From the human T2T-CHM13v2.0 reference genome, Homo sapiens, in the NCBI RefSeq assembly GCF_009914755.1, contig NC_060925.1: 64,000 nucleotides of DNA, one strand, 5' to 3'. The notes under the pieces were generated by a model. It ran no database searches. It was not told the origin of the DNA and saw only the letters and a program-made list of their open reading frames with translations. Every line of letters begins with the position of its first letter. Within the stretch, counting starts at the first letter, position 1. The translations under genes and the position numbers were made by a program. Shown piece by piece: positions 16,691-30,954 of this stretch.

Positions 16691-17823
16691 ACTCTAGAGA
16701 GGTCTCCTAGGTAATGGGGTTTAAATGCCTCCTTGCTGACATTCATAACAGTGACATAATAAAAATACTGCAATTGCTTAATGCAGTGATTTTAGATTTT
16801 CAGCACCTAGAAACATCTCTTTCATTTTAAATTCAAAGGCATAGACTCAGGCTCAGAACTTGAAAGATTGTACAGACCATCTATCTCAATTTCCTACCTA
16901 ATAATAATCCTGGTAGATGGTTACTTAGTTTTTGACTTAACGCTTCCCAGTTTTGAGGGAATTCACCAAATCAGAAGATAATGTATCTAAAAACAGTCCT
17001 AATCATAAATGGCTTCCTTCTAGAATACTAAGGTGAAACCTGCCAACCTTTACCTCCTTCTGTCCAAAGGAGCAAGGAAGCCGGGAATCCTTGTTTTCAC
17101 TTACACTATTTGTCCTCAGGTTTCCATGGTAAGCATCCCTTTCTCTACGCTTCCCAACTCCACATTCACAGTGAGTCACTAATCCCTGTCAATTGCGCTT
17201 CTAAAAATAAACTGGAATTTAGGTCATCATCCCCACAGAGGGTGGCTTAATGAAGGACCTATTTCTCACGTGGATTGCTGACCCTTTTCCTGATTATGAG
17301 CAGAAGCTAAGTGATCTCCTTCAAGCTCTATTCCATATGCTTATGTCTTCAACAGCTCTCCATCACAGCACTGTTTTCTAAACTGTTCTTCTGGGACAGA
17401 GGGTGGAGGGGTGGACTTGTTAATTCTGTCATCTGCTGTGTTGTTCTCTCATTAACAAAATTTAACCTACAAAACTCACTGCAACCCAGAACTTCAGCAA
17501 TTTTAGACACAAAGGTTTTAATTAAATGAATAAACTTTTATACATACACACTAAAAGTTACATTGGAGTTGGGATGTGATAACCCTTAACTTCAATTTCC
17601 TTGCAACTAGAATGAAAAAATACAGTCTGAAAGTATATGATTTATAGCAGCTCTGACCTAAAAATGAAGATGAAGGAATTTAGAAGTGATACAGAATTTA
17701 TAATAAAGACACCTGAGTTGAAGTCTTACCACCCTTTCTTATTAAGTATATGACCTATAGTAAGTTATTTAACTTCTTTGAAGTCTATTTGCTTGTCTGA
17801 AAAAGGCAGTTAAGAATACCTGC

Positions 17824-18249
17824 TGCATTAGTCGGGGTTCTCTAGAGGGACAGAACTAATAGGATATTAGGGAGTTCATTAAGTATTAACTTACACAATC
17901 ACAGGGTCCCACAATAGGATGTCTGCAAGCTGAGGAGCAAGGAGAGCCAATCTGAGTCTCAAAACTGAAGAACTTGGAGTCTGATGTTTGAGAGCAGGAA
18001 GCATCCCGCACGGGACAAAGATGTAGGCTGGGAGGCTAGGCCAATCTCTCCTTTTCACATTTTTCTGCCTGCTTTTATTTGCTGGCAGCTGATTAGATGG
18101 TGTCCACTCAGATTAAGGGTGGGTCTGCCTTTTCCAGCCCACTGACTCAAATATTAATCTCCTTTGGCAACACCCTCACAGACACAGCCAGGATCAATAT
18201 TTTGTATCCTTCAATCCAATCAAGTTGACACTCAGTATTAACCATCACA
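17824..18249 (-). mobile_element. HERV-L 3' LTR (MLT2A-like)
   Basis: Direct repeat of 22970-23424; TG...CA termini. Confidence 0.9.
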
Positions 18250-18446
18250 AGTCTACTGCTTGTCAACTTGAACCCATACACATCTCCTGAGATCATACAT
18301 AATATTCAAATAAAGACAATAACAAGGTCATAATTACAATTCACATAATACAACTATCCTTCGTACAACCGGAAATGCACCAATCCCCAACCCAAACACT
18401 ATTACATAAAGTTAACACTGCTTAAATGCTGATATGAAGTCAATAA

Positions 18447-18775
<329 letters not shown>

Positions 18776-18913
18776 AAAATAAAGATATTTTCTTAGTACA
18801 AGTGCATACATTCACAAACATGTTTTTAGCAAAAGAAGGAGGAAATACTCATGACAATTACAGCCTCCCTTCTACAGCTGGTCACATGGTCATAGCTGAT
18901 GACTCTTTTTCTA

Positions 18914-21865
18914 CTACCCATTCTGTATTCTCTTTGCTTTCAGCAAGCACCTCAGCAGGTTGTGTTTTTTTCCTGGTGGAGTGACCCAAACCGTCATTCC
19001 TGAGGGGTCTGAGCCATTTGTAGTCCTGCCTGGATTGGGCTGCTGTAGTTTCCTATTGACCTTAATCACAGAGCATGGTAATACTAATGGACGCCCTAAT
19101 GGATCTCCTGTGTTCCATGCATACTCTTTCTTACTTCTGTTGTGGAGTAGTAGACTGATTTCATCTTGATAGTCCAGGTCAATCACCCCAGCCAACACTG
19201 CAACTCCTTTCTTAGCCTGTTGACTTAAAGGTAGGAGGAGCCCAAAGTGTCCAGTTGGCAATCTTAACTTCCAGTTTAATGAAATTGTTGTGTCTCCTGG
19301 TGGCAGCATTCCTCCCTCTGGAACTAAGACCTCTAGGCCAGCAGAACGTAATGTCGCGGGAAGAGGAAGCAAGAATTTTGCTAGTGGGTCACTAGGGGTG
19401 ATGGTGAGTGGTGCCACTTGCACTTCCACCCCTTGATTCCTGGACCCGTGAATCGTGGCTATAGGAGAAAGAGTACCATATATTGGATGCTGATTCAGAG
19501 CACACACGGCCTTCTGGAGAACTTTGCCCCAGCCCTGCAAAGTATTGTCACCTAGTTGGCATTTTAATTGTGACTTCAAAAGGCCATTCCGTCATTCTAT
19601 CAATCCAGCTACTTCAGGATGATGGGGAACATGATAAGACCAGTGAATTCCAGGAGCATGAGCCCACTGCCACTCTTCTTTAGCTGTAAAGTGAGTGCCT
19701 TGGTCAGAGGCAATGCTGTGTGGAATACCATGATGGTGGGTAAGGCATTCCACGAGTTCACAGATAGTTGTCTTGGCAGAGTACTGCATGCAGGATAGGC
19801 AAACCCATATCTGGAGTAGATGTCTATTCCAGTGAGGACAAACCTCTTTCCTTTCCATGATGGAAGAGGTCCAATATAATCAACCTGCCACCAGGTAGCT
19901 TGCTGATCACCCCAAGGAATGGGGCTGATCATCGAGGGCTCAGTGTTGGTCTCTGCTGCTGGCAAATTGGGCACTCAGTAGTGGCGTAGCCAGGTCAGCC
20001 TTGGTGAGTGGAAGTCCATGTTGCTGAGCCCATGCGTAACCTCCATCCCTGCCACCATGGCCACTTTGTTCATGGGTCTGTTGGGCGATGAGAGGGGTGG
20101 CTGGGGAAAGAGACTGAGTGGTATCCACAGAATGGGTCATTCTATCCACTTGATTATTAAAATCTGCCGTTGCTGAGGTCACCCGTTGGTGAGCACTCAC
20201 ATGGGATACAAATATCTTCACGGTTTTTGGCCACTCAGAGAGGTCCATCCACATTCCTCTTCCTCAAATATGTCACCAATTTTACAATCATGCTTCTTCC
20301 ACTGATTCAAATGTTAATGTAGTGACTTGATGACCCATAGTCAAATATTCAGTTTCCACCAAAGCCCAGTAACAGGCCAAGAGTTGTCTCTCAAATGGAG
20401 AGCAGTTATCTTCAGAAGATGGCAGGGCCTTGCTCCAAAATCCTAGAGGCCTCTGCTGTGATTCACCTATGGCAGCCTGCCAAAGGCTCCAAGAAGCATC
20501 CCTATCTGCCACTGACACCTCAAGTACCAGTGGATCTGCTGGATCATATGGCCCAAGTGGGACAGCAGCTTCCACAGCAGCCTGGACCTGTTGCAGATCC
20601 TTCTTCTGTTCTGGAACCCACTAAAAACTGGCAGCCTTTCAGGTCACTCGATAAATGGGCCAGAGTAATACACCCAAATGAGGAATGTGTTGCCTCTAAA
20701 ATCCAAATAGGCCCACTAGGCATTGTGCCTTTTTCTTGGTTGTAGGAGGGGCCAAATGCAGCAACTTATCCTTCACCTTAGAAGGAATATCTCAACAGGC
20801 CCCACACCACTGGACCCCTAGAAATTTTACTGAGGTAGAAGTTCCCCGAATTTTAGTCAGATTTATTTCCCATTCTCTGGCACATAAATGTCCTACCAAT
20901 AAATCCAGTGTGTTTGCTACTTCTTGCCCACTGGATCCAATCAGCATAATGTCATCAATGTAATGGGCCAGTGTGATATCTTGCGGAAGTGAAAAGAAAT
21001 CTAGGTCTCTGTGAATAAGATTATGACACATAGCCGGAGAGTTGATATACCTCTGAGGAAAGACAGTAAAGGTATATTGCCAGCCTTGCCAGCTGAAGGC
21101 AAATTGCTTCTGGTGGGCCTTATGGACAGGAATGGAGAAAAAGGCATTTGCCAAGTCAATGGCTGCATACCAGGTACCAGGAGATGTGTTAATTTCCTCA
21201 AGCAATCAAACCACATCTGCTATAGCAACTGCAATTGAAGTCACCACTTCGTTAAGCTTACAATAATCCACTGTCATTCTCCAAGATCCATCTGTCTTCT
21301 GCACAGGCCAAATGAGAAAGTTGAACAGGGGTTTGGTGGGAATCACCACCCCTACATCTTTCAAGTTCTTGATGGCAGCACTAATCTCTGCAATCCTTCC
21401 AGGGATGCAATATTGTTTTTGATTTACTACTTTTCTAGGTAGAGGCGGCTGTAATGGCTTACATTTGGCCTTTCCCACCATAATATCCCTCATCCTACCA
21501 GTCAGGGAGCCAACACGGGGGTTCTGCCAGCTGCTAAATGTCTATGCCAACTGTGCATTCTGGCACTGGGGAAATGACCACAGGATGAGTCTGGGGACCC
21601 ACTGGACCCACTGTAAGTCGGACCTGAGCTAAAATTCCACCTGATCTCCATAAGCCCCTACTTTAACTGGAGGACCACATGACGTTTTTGGGTCCCCTGG
21701 AATCAACGTCAGCTCAGAGCCAGTGTCCAGTAGTCCCCGAAATGTCTGATCCTTTCCTTTTCCCCAATGCACTGTTACCCTGGTAAAAGGCCAGAGATCT
21801 CTTTGGGGAAGGATGGGAGAAAGATTCACTGCATAAATTGTCAGTAATGTGGTGTCCTTCCTCAA
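18914..21865 (-). pseudogene. HERV-L pro-pol-dUTPase remnants (frameshifted)
   Basis: LLDTGSELT (protease), [11 protein letters not shown] and YIDD (RT), HVSAH (RNase H), WQVDYIGP and SDQGTHF (integrase), GVIDLDYQDEI (dUTPase), split across several ORFs. Confidence 0.9.
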
Positions 21866-21883
21866 GGGGTTCTGGCTTCCCCT

Positions 21884-22965
21884 TCATTCAAGGGGTTCTG
21901 GGTCTGTGAGCTGGCTCAAGTCTGGAAATTGATTGAGTGGCCATGATTCTCTGTTTTTATAATTCAAATTAGTCTTTTGTCCATTCAACCTAGAAATTTC
22001 CTGCTTGTATAAATTAAGTAGGAATGCAGTAGGCCTCCTATCCATTTCATTTCTAGGAACACCATGATTAATTAGCCAAGGCCAGAGCTCTAGACACATC
22101 AGACTATTCTGATTGTCGCTTTGCCTCTGCTATCCGTTATGGTAACTACGCCCACCTTGCCTTTGATGGTTGAGTGTCACCACTTGGCCCCCGCTACCTC
22201 GGGATCCAATTATTCCCATTGTATTTAAATTTTGTAGTTGAGTGACTGCAGTTCCCATCATTAGATCTGACACACAGAGAAGAGCAATTACAGCAATTAC
22301 AGGGCTCTTCAAAGATGCAGGTGCTGCCCTTACAAATCTATTCCACAACTCAGTGTCCCTAGTTTCATCAGGGGGATCTGGCAGTCCCACATGTCCCCAT
22401 TCCAAGTTTCAGGGTCCCATTCTTTTCCAGTAGATGCCCTCACTTTAACAGTAAACACCTGGTGCATGCATCTTTTGTTACAAGTCAGCCACTCACATGA
22501 TAAGAGCTTGTGTTTGTTTTTCCACAATTTCAGCTCTTTCTGTTCAGGAGATAAGATTCTCACTCAGGGCAGTCTTAGCAGATTTGAGGCTATCTGTTTC
22601 TGAAGCTGGGAGACAGAATCCCTGAGTTCATAATTTTCTTTCATCACTTTGTCCACTGAACATAGGAACAACCAACCAGCTTCATTATGTTCCTTGGTTC
22701 TCCACATATGGTGAAAGGTATTATGCATAGAGTCACTAAACTTGACTCTCACGAGTAATGAATCAGGAGGGTCAAATGCATTTATTTTGCATAACTCTCT
22801 AAACAGTTCACACCAAGGACTATCAGTGTTCTCCATACTATTAGAAGTAGAGTCCTTAGCATTTTGGGTTCTAATCATATTAAGCAGCCAACTCCAGAAA
22901 CCCCAAACCAATGAAAGAACTCCATCCTTAATATTCTGTTCCTCTAGAACCACTCCCAATACCAA
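21884..22965 (-). pseudogene. HERV-L gag remnants
   Basis: ORF fragments with ERV-L gag-like text (GKEWDPETWNGDMW, LWPWLINHGVPR) between the 5' LTR and the protease. Confidence 0.75.
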
Positions 22966-22969
22966 AATC

Positions 22970-23005
22970 TGTATTAGTCAGGGTTCTCTAGAGGGACAGA
23001 ATAGG

Positions 23006-23042
<37 letters not shown>

Positions 23043-23424
23043 TATATGGAGAGTTTATTAAGTATGAACTTACAGAAACACAAGGTCCCACAATAGGATG
23101 TCTGCAGGCTGAGGAGGAAGGAGAGCCAGTCCAAGTCCCAAAACTGAAGAACCTGGAGTCCAATTTTCAAGGGCAGGAAGCATCCAGCATGGGACAAAGA
23201 TGTAGGCTGGGAGGCTAGGCCAGTCTATCTTTTTCATTTTTCTGCCTGCTTTATTTTCGCTGGCAGCTGATTAGATGGTGTCCACTCAGATTAAGGGTGG
23301 GTCTGCCTTTCCCCAGCCCACTGAGTCCAATGTTAACCTCCTTTGGCAACACCCTCACAGACACACCCAGGATCAATACTTTGTAACCTTCAATCTAATA
23401 AAGTTGACAGTATTAACCATCACA
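22970..23424 (-). mobile_element. HERV-L 5' LTR (MLT2A-like) containing a (CA)n tract
   Basis: Minus strand begins TGTGATGGTTAATACTG and ends CTAATACA; direct repeat of 17824-18249. Confidence 0.9.
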
Positions 23425-23503
23425 CCTGCCTAAGTAAAGATTAAATGAGATGATCATCACAACGCATATTTGTTGCTGTTGTTGTTTAAAAAAGTGAATG
23501 GAG

Positions 23504-23888
<385 letters not shown>

Positions 23889-24522
23889 CTAAATGCCCAT
23901 CAACAGTGGGATTAATACATTGTAGTATAAACCCAGTAAAATACTTTAGTTTTTTAAAAAATGAAAATAAACTATAGTTACAATTGTATAGGTAGCTTTT
24001 TTTGTTTTAAAGCCAAGGAAGGATTAACATAAAATTCAAGATAGTGGTTACACCTGCTGTGAGAAGTGACAGGCATGTGATCAGGAAGGGGCATCCTGGT
24101 GGTTCCTTAACATCCTGATGAGGGTGTTGGGGCAAATGGGAATTCGTTTTATAATCATTCTTTAAATGATACATATATATGTACACACTGCTGCATTTAT
24201 GACTCAGTTTTAAAACAAAAAAATCATTTAAAACTCTCATTGAATCTTAATCATGAGACTTATGTATCTATACTTGGAGATGGAGAATATGTAGACCTTG
24301 GTTCACCGTCCTAGTCTCCTGTGTTGAATCACAACACATTCTACTCATTTTTTGGCAACTACTAGATGAACTCTTACAACTTTGATTAAAATAATTGATA
24401 CAGAAGATTTATTTTGCTGGCAGTAGATCTCAAAAAGCAAATTTCTGGTATAAAATGATCTACAGAGAATTTGGCAGATGGCAACTACTGTGTGTCAGGT
24501 CTGTGTCTACAACTGTAAATAA

Positions 24523-24870
<348 letters not shown>

Positions 24871-25123
24871 TGATTTTTAAATTTCAGTGCTGTATTCACT
24901 TATCAATGAGCAATGCCTCATTGGTAACGGTCACTATTCATCTCATTTCCAGTACTGTCAACACTATAAAAGGAAGACTTACAATATCCTGTAACGAATG
25001 GGCATGACTGCATCCAGAAATCTGAGACAGGTTTTCATGTCATGTACAGCTTTTTGTTAATTGTTTAAAGCTGAAGATGAACTCAAATAAAACTTGTAAC
25101 TCAGAAGCATAGCCAATTAGTCG

Positions 25124-25129
25124 TTTAAT
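25124..25129 (-). terminator. Candidate poly(A) signal ATTAAA
   Basis: tttaat on the plus strand; downstream on the minus strand is GTTACAAGTTTTATTTGAGT (U-rich). Confidence 0.4.
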
Positions 25130-28074
25130 CTATTTTCTGAACTGCATGCTTATTTTATGGATGCAGAGTAGATTGGTTGAGTGTGAGGACACTTAAAAAT
25201 AGCATGATACAGTTATTGTAGGAAGTATTAATATTTAAAAATTGTTACAGCCAAGACCAAAAAGTGAGAACCACAATTCAATATTTTCTATAAATTTCAT
25301 AAATGTCTATGTTTAAACATTCCTGGTAAATATGTATAATCGTACACTTTTAAACTTTCTCTGATAAATTCAGTGAGTATTCAATAATTGCTCATTATCA
25401 AAAGGTTGTGAATTTGTCTCTCTTCCAGCCAGATGACAGGAGCCTAGGATTCCAATGGTGTGCTCAGGACTGACATCACTGGGGTCAAAGATTCAGCTGC
25501 CATGGTCCAGGCTCCAGGCTGGGGAGGATGTTAGGGATTGGTGTGGTCAGGACCAGCGCTGCTATGACTGCGGATTTATTTGGCATATTTGGGACTGGGT
25601 GTGATGAGACAGCAGCTGGCATGTCAAGAGGTTGAGGGAGGGAGGAAGAATGAACAAATTATTTAGGATTATGGGAGTCAGGTTTCTATGAGAGAAGGAA
25701 GTTACAAAGATGGAAAGGGAGACTAGATTAACCTCAAAGGATTGAATTGAAGGTGTCAATGTGAACTCAAAGTTTTCAATACGTATGTATATAAATAGAT
25801 ATAGAAGTAGGTGACTATTCTTGAATGTGTGTAGACACACGTTTTCCTTTGAGCTGTTCACCAATAAGACAGTGAGCCTTTCTCAGGTCTTCATTTCCAT
25901 ATACCATTTCCCATTTAAAGAAACCAGGGCTCCTTGGAAAAAAGGGCTAATTCTAGACTTGGGGTAGGGAGTAGGAAAAAGTGTAAGATGAGCTCGTAAA
26001 AAAAATAAGAGGGGAAAAAGCAATGAGGCATCTCTAAGGAACACAGAAGCCAGCTTGAAGAGACTCCCAAAAACCAAATCGGGGAAAATTTCAGCATGAA
26101 AATAAGTGACAATAATACACTGTCACTGAATAAAGCAGGCATTCATGAATCTATACTGATTTAAGTGAATGAAGGAATAGAGAAGGAAGAGCTCTTCCTT
26201 ACAGTAGTAGGATGCCAACCAAGGCAGAAGCCACGGACTCACCATTTGACAACCAAAATAGTAATTGGTTCAGTCAAGAATTGTCAATAGACTAGCCCGT
26301 GACAATTCGATGAGAAACAATACATTTACAATCTTTAAGAATCTCCTCACAAATTACTTCCTAATTCTAATTTTACAATGGAGAAACCTGGTATATACTA
26401 TCTGAACCAAGTGACCAAAATTAATACTATCAGGTATAAGACAAATTGACATTGTGTGCATCCTGGCATGACACATTTGAGTATAGAGCATCATTTCTGT
26501 AGTATTGGACAAAAATGTCTATCCTAAACCTTATGGGTCTTATCTAATGATAAACCAAAACTGAGGAACTTTCTACAAACTGGCCAATCCTCCTCAAGTG
26601 TCAAGGTCAAAGACAAGTCTGAAAAGATGTTCCGGACTGAATGAAACAAGAGATAGGGCAACTAAATGCACTATGTGGTCCTGGATTGGGATGCTGAAAC
26701 ACAGGAACATTACTGAGGCAATCAAAATCAGCAGATTGAATGTGGTCTATGGATTAGATATCATGATGTCAATGTCAATCTCCTAAGTTTGATGGTTGTA
26801 CTATGGTTACGTAGGAATGCCCTTGTCTTAAGGAAACACACAGTAGATAGAGGTAATAATGCAAAAAATATTTTGGTTGGGATTACATTGAATCTACAAA
26901 TGTAATTGAACATCTTTACACGACTGAGTCTTCTAATTCGTGTACATTATGGAGTACTACATTTATTTAAGATCTCCTTAAATGCTTCCTGACATGGTCT
27001 AACATTTTCTCCATCAAGATCTTGTACATCTTTTGTTAGACTTATTCTTAGGTAGAGTATTTTGTATTTTTTAATGATATTGAAGAGATCTTTCTAAAAA
27101 CTTCCATTTCTGTTAGTTGCTGATATCTAGGAATACAACTGACTTACATACTGATTGTGAATGTAGCAAATTTGCTAACTCCTAGATGTTAACTGAATAG
27201 TCTACATATATAATCATATCAACACATCACCATAATTTCCTGCCTGTAGGAAAGAAAAACCCACAGAATTCCACTGACTATAAGTTATTTAACAATATAC
27301 AATGGTTGTCATTTAGAGAGATGTTTCCAGTTGTATAAATACTGTAACACAACGATAGCTGGGAATAGTGTAGCCATAGTACCATCTTTAAATCACCCAA
27401 ATAACTGAGGTACAATTCTATCTGCTTGTGAGTTCACTAGGCAACAAGTCTCAGGGATCATATAGTCTTTGTCTCTGTATCAAAACAAATACACTGCCTA
27501 AGGTACACTAAAAGTAATTTAACATACTGTACTCATAAATTCTAACTAAGTTCTCTGTAGGTAAAACATGGCTAGGGAAGTTATGATCAACCCTTCAGAA
27601 ATGACTTCTTCTGAGTCGTTTGGACAATACGCATCATCTTGGACAATACGCCTCCCACAAGGCTTCCTGGTGTTCTGGCAGCACTAACAGGGCTCCTGCT
27701 GTTGTCCTTTCCTTTTGGTCACGTATCTTTCCATGTTGCAAAAAACAACTTCTGGATAAATGATTTCCACCACACTATTAGATAGCACAACACAGTGCAC
27801 ACTGTGGATCCTCTAGAAATAGCAACCTCTTCTCAAGAGATACTTGCCTCAGGGCCCCAGGAAACTAGAAAGCATCTAGAGGCTTAAGGCTCTACGCTGG
27901 ACAAAGTGCCAGGGAGCCCTAAAGGCAGAAAGGACCCAAAAGTGAAATTCTCATTTTTAAGCTGTGAGGGAAAACAGAGAAATGAGTTTATTACATGATA
28001 TAACCTTTGGGTGGGCTCCATATATTAAAAGAGAACTGAAGAAGTTTAAAAGTACATTTTCTAAGTTTTAGTAT

Positions 28075-28232
28075 AGGATGATGATAATGTTCTGGAGATG
28101 AATAGGTGCTCATGGTTGCAAAACAATGTGAATATACTTAATGCCACTGAACTATATGCTTAAAAATGGTTCAAACAATATACTTAAAAATGGTAAATGT
28201 TATGTGTATTTTACCACAATAAAAATTTTTTA
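28075..28232 (+). mobile_element. L1MB-like 3' end within the ARHGAP29 3'UTR
   Basis: aatgttctggagatg...ttaccacaataaaaa; TSD aaagtacattttcta/aaagttgcattttcta. Confidence 0.7.
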
Positions 28233-30073
28233 AAGTTGCATTTTCTATTGTTAAAAACTACCAGATATTATTTAGTAATCACAGTCATTAAGAGCACTAA
28301 CCATCAAAATCTGACAGCCCTATGTTTGAGATTTGACTCCACCTGTTACACCTGTGGAACACTGAAGCAAGTCATTTAACTAAGCCTTAGTTTCCTTATC
28401 TGTAACACAGAAATAATAACATGCTTACCCACCCATTATAGGTTGCTGTGAACTTGAAATAAAATAATCTATGTAGCACCTTGGCAAAGTTCCTGGCACA
28501 CAGAGAAGGCTCAATACACATGGGCTCTAATTTTCTTTTTAGGTATTCATAGCAATATGATTATTTTATATTTTGTACAATGAGGACTAAAAACAAGCCT
28601 TCAGAAAAAAAAGGGCTGGTTATTGCTCCCTAGACCTTTACATCACATAGAACTATAAAACAGGTTTCCATAAAATTCATTCCACATTGTAGTCAACGGA
28701 TGTATGATCCTAGGTGTTGACTTCTAAGCCAATGGTTAATAACCTTAAACTCTCATACTGTAATAGGCAACAACTGAAAAGAAGCCACGGGAACATGAAA
28801 TAATTTAACAAGTTGATATATATATATATATATATATTATCAAGTATAACACAGTCATACAAAAACATTTAGTAGAAATATAATTCACACATAAAAACAG
28901 TCTACTTATTTTTTGTCCCTTTTATATCCTATTTTAGGCAAAATGATAAAACCCAGAAAATAACAGGAATGTACTAGTCCTAAAAACTGGACCTTTTATA
29001 AATGAAACAGATCCGATCACCTATACCTTCTCTCAAATTCCAAATAATGAGGCTTACTGACCTGTACTCTCAGAATCAACTTAAATAAATTTTAGCTTGA
29101 TTTGGATGAAATATGTACTTTCAGTTGTTGACAATCCAGGTAGAACAAGTACATAAAATGATTCCTAAGTCAAAACATTTCATACAAAAGGAATGGTTTT
29201 AACCCAGACAAATCAAGAGGAAATGCACTGAATTCAAAAACTTCTGAAACAGGCATTTTTTGGACCATTTATAAAATACTAAAAAGTTCAGAACTGCTGA
29301 AAAACAAAAGTTTATATAAAATAAAGCCAAGGGGTGAAAAACTATCAAATGTATTAAAACCATCTAAAGCCAAATATAATATAACTGAATATATAATTTA
29401 GAAACAGGTTTAAGTGCATTTTCTTTGTACAACTGACTATCACATGTAAAAACTGGCAATTAATTAAAATGCAATTAAATACAGATTTGCAAGCCTTCTG
29501 GCCATTATGTAAACATTTAAAAATTAACTGAATTGCCAATTGAAAAATAAGAGCTTACATACGTATCTTAAAAAAGCACAAATGGTGAAAGATGCACTAT
29601 AAAATTGTGTGACAAAACATATGCATACCAACAAAGATCTTTTTAGGCACTTGCATTCAGAAACATTCCTTTTATAAATAAGCACTTATAACAGTTCCAC
29701 TCCAAAAAATAAACCTGATTTTCCCAAATTGCACCTATTAGTTGAGACTATATCATATATTAGGGATGCATTCAAATGGACCATTTGGTGGGGAAAGTCA
29801 ACTGAACTTTAAAAAATACGAATCCACCTATCTTATTCACAACTTTAAAAATACAGAATTTAAAGATAATTCCAGTGAGGCACAAATGTGACCCTATCAA
29901 AACATTCTACCATTCAGTATTACCAACAGAGGATAAATACAACAACAAAAGGCAAAACCCATGATTTGGCAGTCCTATACAAAAGGGGCCCTGTCAAAAC
30001 ATTCTTTCACAAAACAAGCACAATACCACAAAATAACACAACAACAACAAAAAAACCCTGAAATTTGACATCC

Positions 30074-30954
30074 CTACACAAATTGTGGAATTTCATCTTC
30101 GAGGTCTTCAAACTGTTGCATTCGTTTTAGCCTTGGTCTCTGACACATTGGATTCACATCAGGCAAGCCAAGCTCCTCAGAGTCTTCTTTAGGTTGACCA
30201 GTTGCTTGCCCAGGACAAGCTGATGCTTTGTCTGGGTCTGGCATTGACTTCACCACGAGACCGTGGGGATCGTGATCTGTGCCAGGAGGCACTGCTGCTG
30301 AGGGTGAAGCTGGCTTCTCCTCATTCCCCCTGATACTGATGATGGGAGCATGTGGTTTATAAAATGTTGTCCAATGTTGAGGCTGCAGTGTTCTGGGTGC
30401 TCTGACAGGAGCGAGAGGGTAGGAATCTGAAGACCGTCTCTCAGATGCCTCTCTCACTGACCTGACTGGCTCTGCATATGGCTTACTGGGTTGAGTGGCA
30501 TTGATAGAATGGTCCCCACTAATCTGGAGGCTTGTTGTCACTCCTTTTTCCTGGAGTGCACTGGGCATGATCATTGTAGTCTTGGCAGTTAGGCTGTTTT
30601 GTTCATACTGTTTGTCCTGAATTTTCTGTAGAGTTTGCTGGTCAAAGCCATTAAATTTGGAACAAACAGTAGTAGCAGCGTCTTTTCTATTAACTCCTTC
30701 AAAGGCAGGATTCTTGCAAAACTTGTCTAAATTTACATTTCCCATATTTCTGCCATTTCTCTCATTAGGAGGACTTGCAAGAAGTAGTCTATCTACAGGC
30801 AAACTTACAGGTCTAATCTTGGTCCTTGGAGTATGCCTCTCCACATTGTTTGTTGACCTATCAGATTTCAGAGAAAGTGGCTTAGGGGTTTTACCATCTT
30901 CTATCTTTTGGGATGCTGATTCAGCCTCTTGGTCTAGAAGCAACTGTGCTTTGT
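30074..30954 (-). CDS. ARHGAP29: ARHGAP29 terminal exon 23, coding part, ending in the PDZ-binding motif EIPQFV*
   Basis: tttcag|AC acceptor; 289-aa ORF 30074..30943; TAG at 30074-30076; exon lengths sum to 1091 codons plus stop, consistent with residues 171-1261 of the recalled protein. Confidence 0.97.

Larger units (their letters stand above)
25105..30073 (-). other. ARHGAP29: Long 3'UTR of ARHGAP29 (distal end approximate)
   Basis: Follows the stop codon; AT-rich proximal part; candidate ATTAAA at 25124-25129 followed by a U-rich stretch; recalled mRNA is long. Confidence 0.5.

Noticed and set aside
18914-19579. 221-aa ORF as a domesticated dUTPase gene
   Set aside because: Starts mid-integrase without a true ATG, and surrounding frames are broken; no evidence of selection can be seen from this sequence alone
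18960-23218. Plus-strand ORFs across the provirus (20395..20745, 22742..23218 and others)
   Set aside because: Antisense to HERV-L remnants or reading through a (CA)n tract; no coding signature
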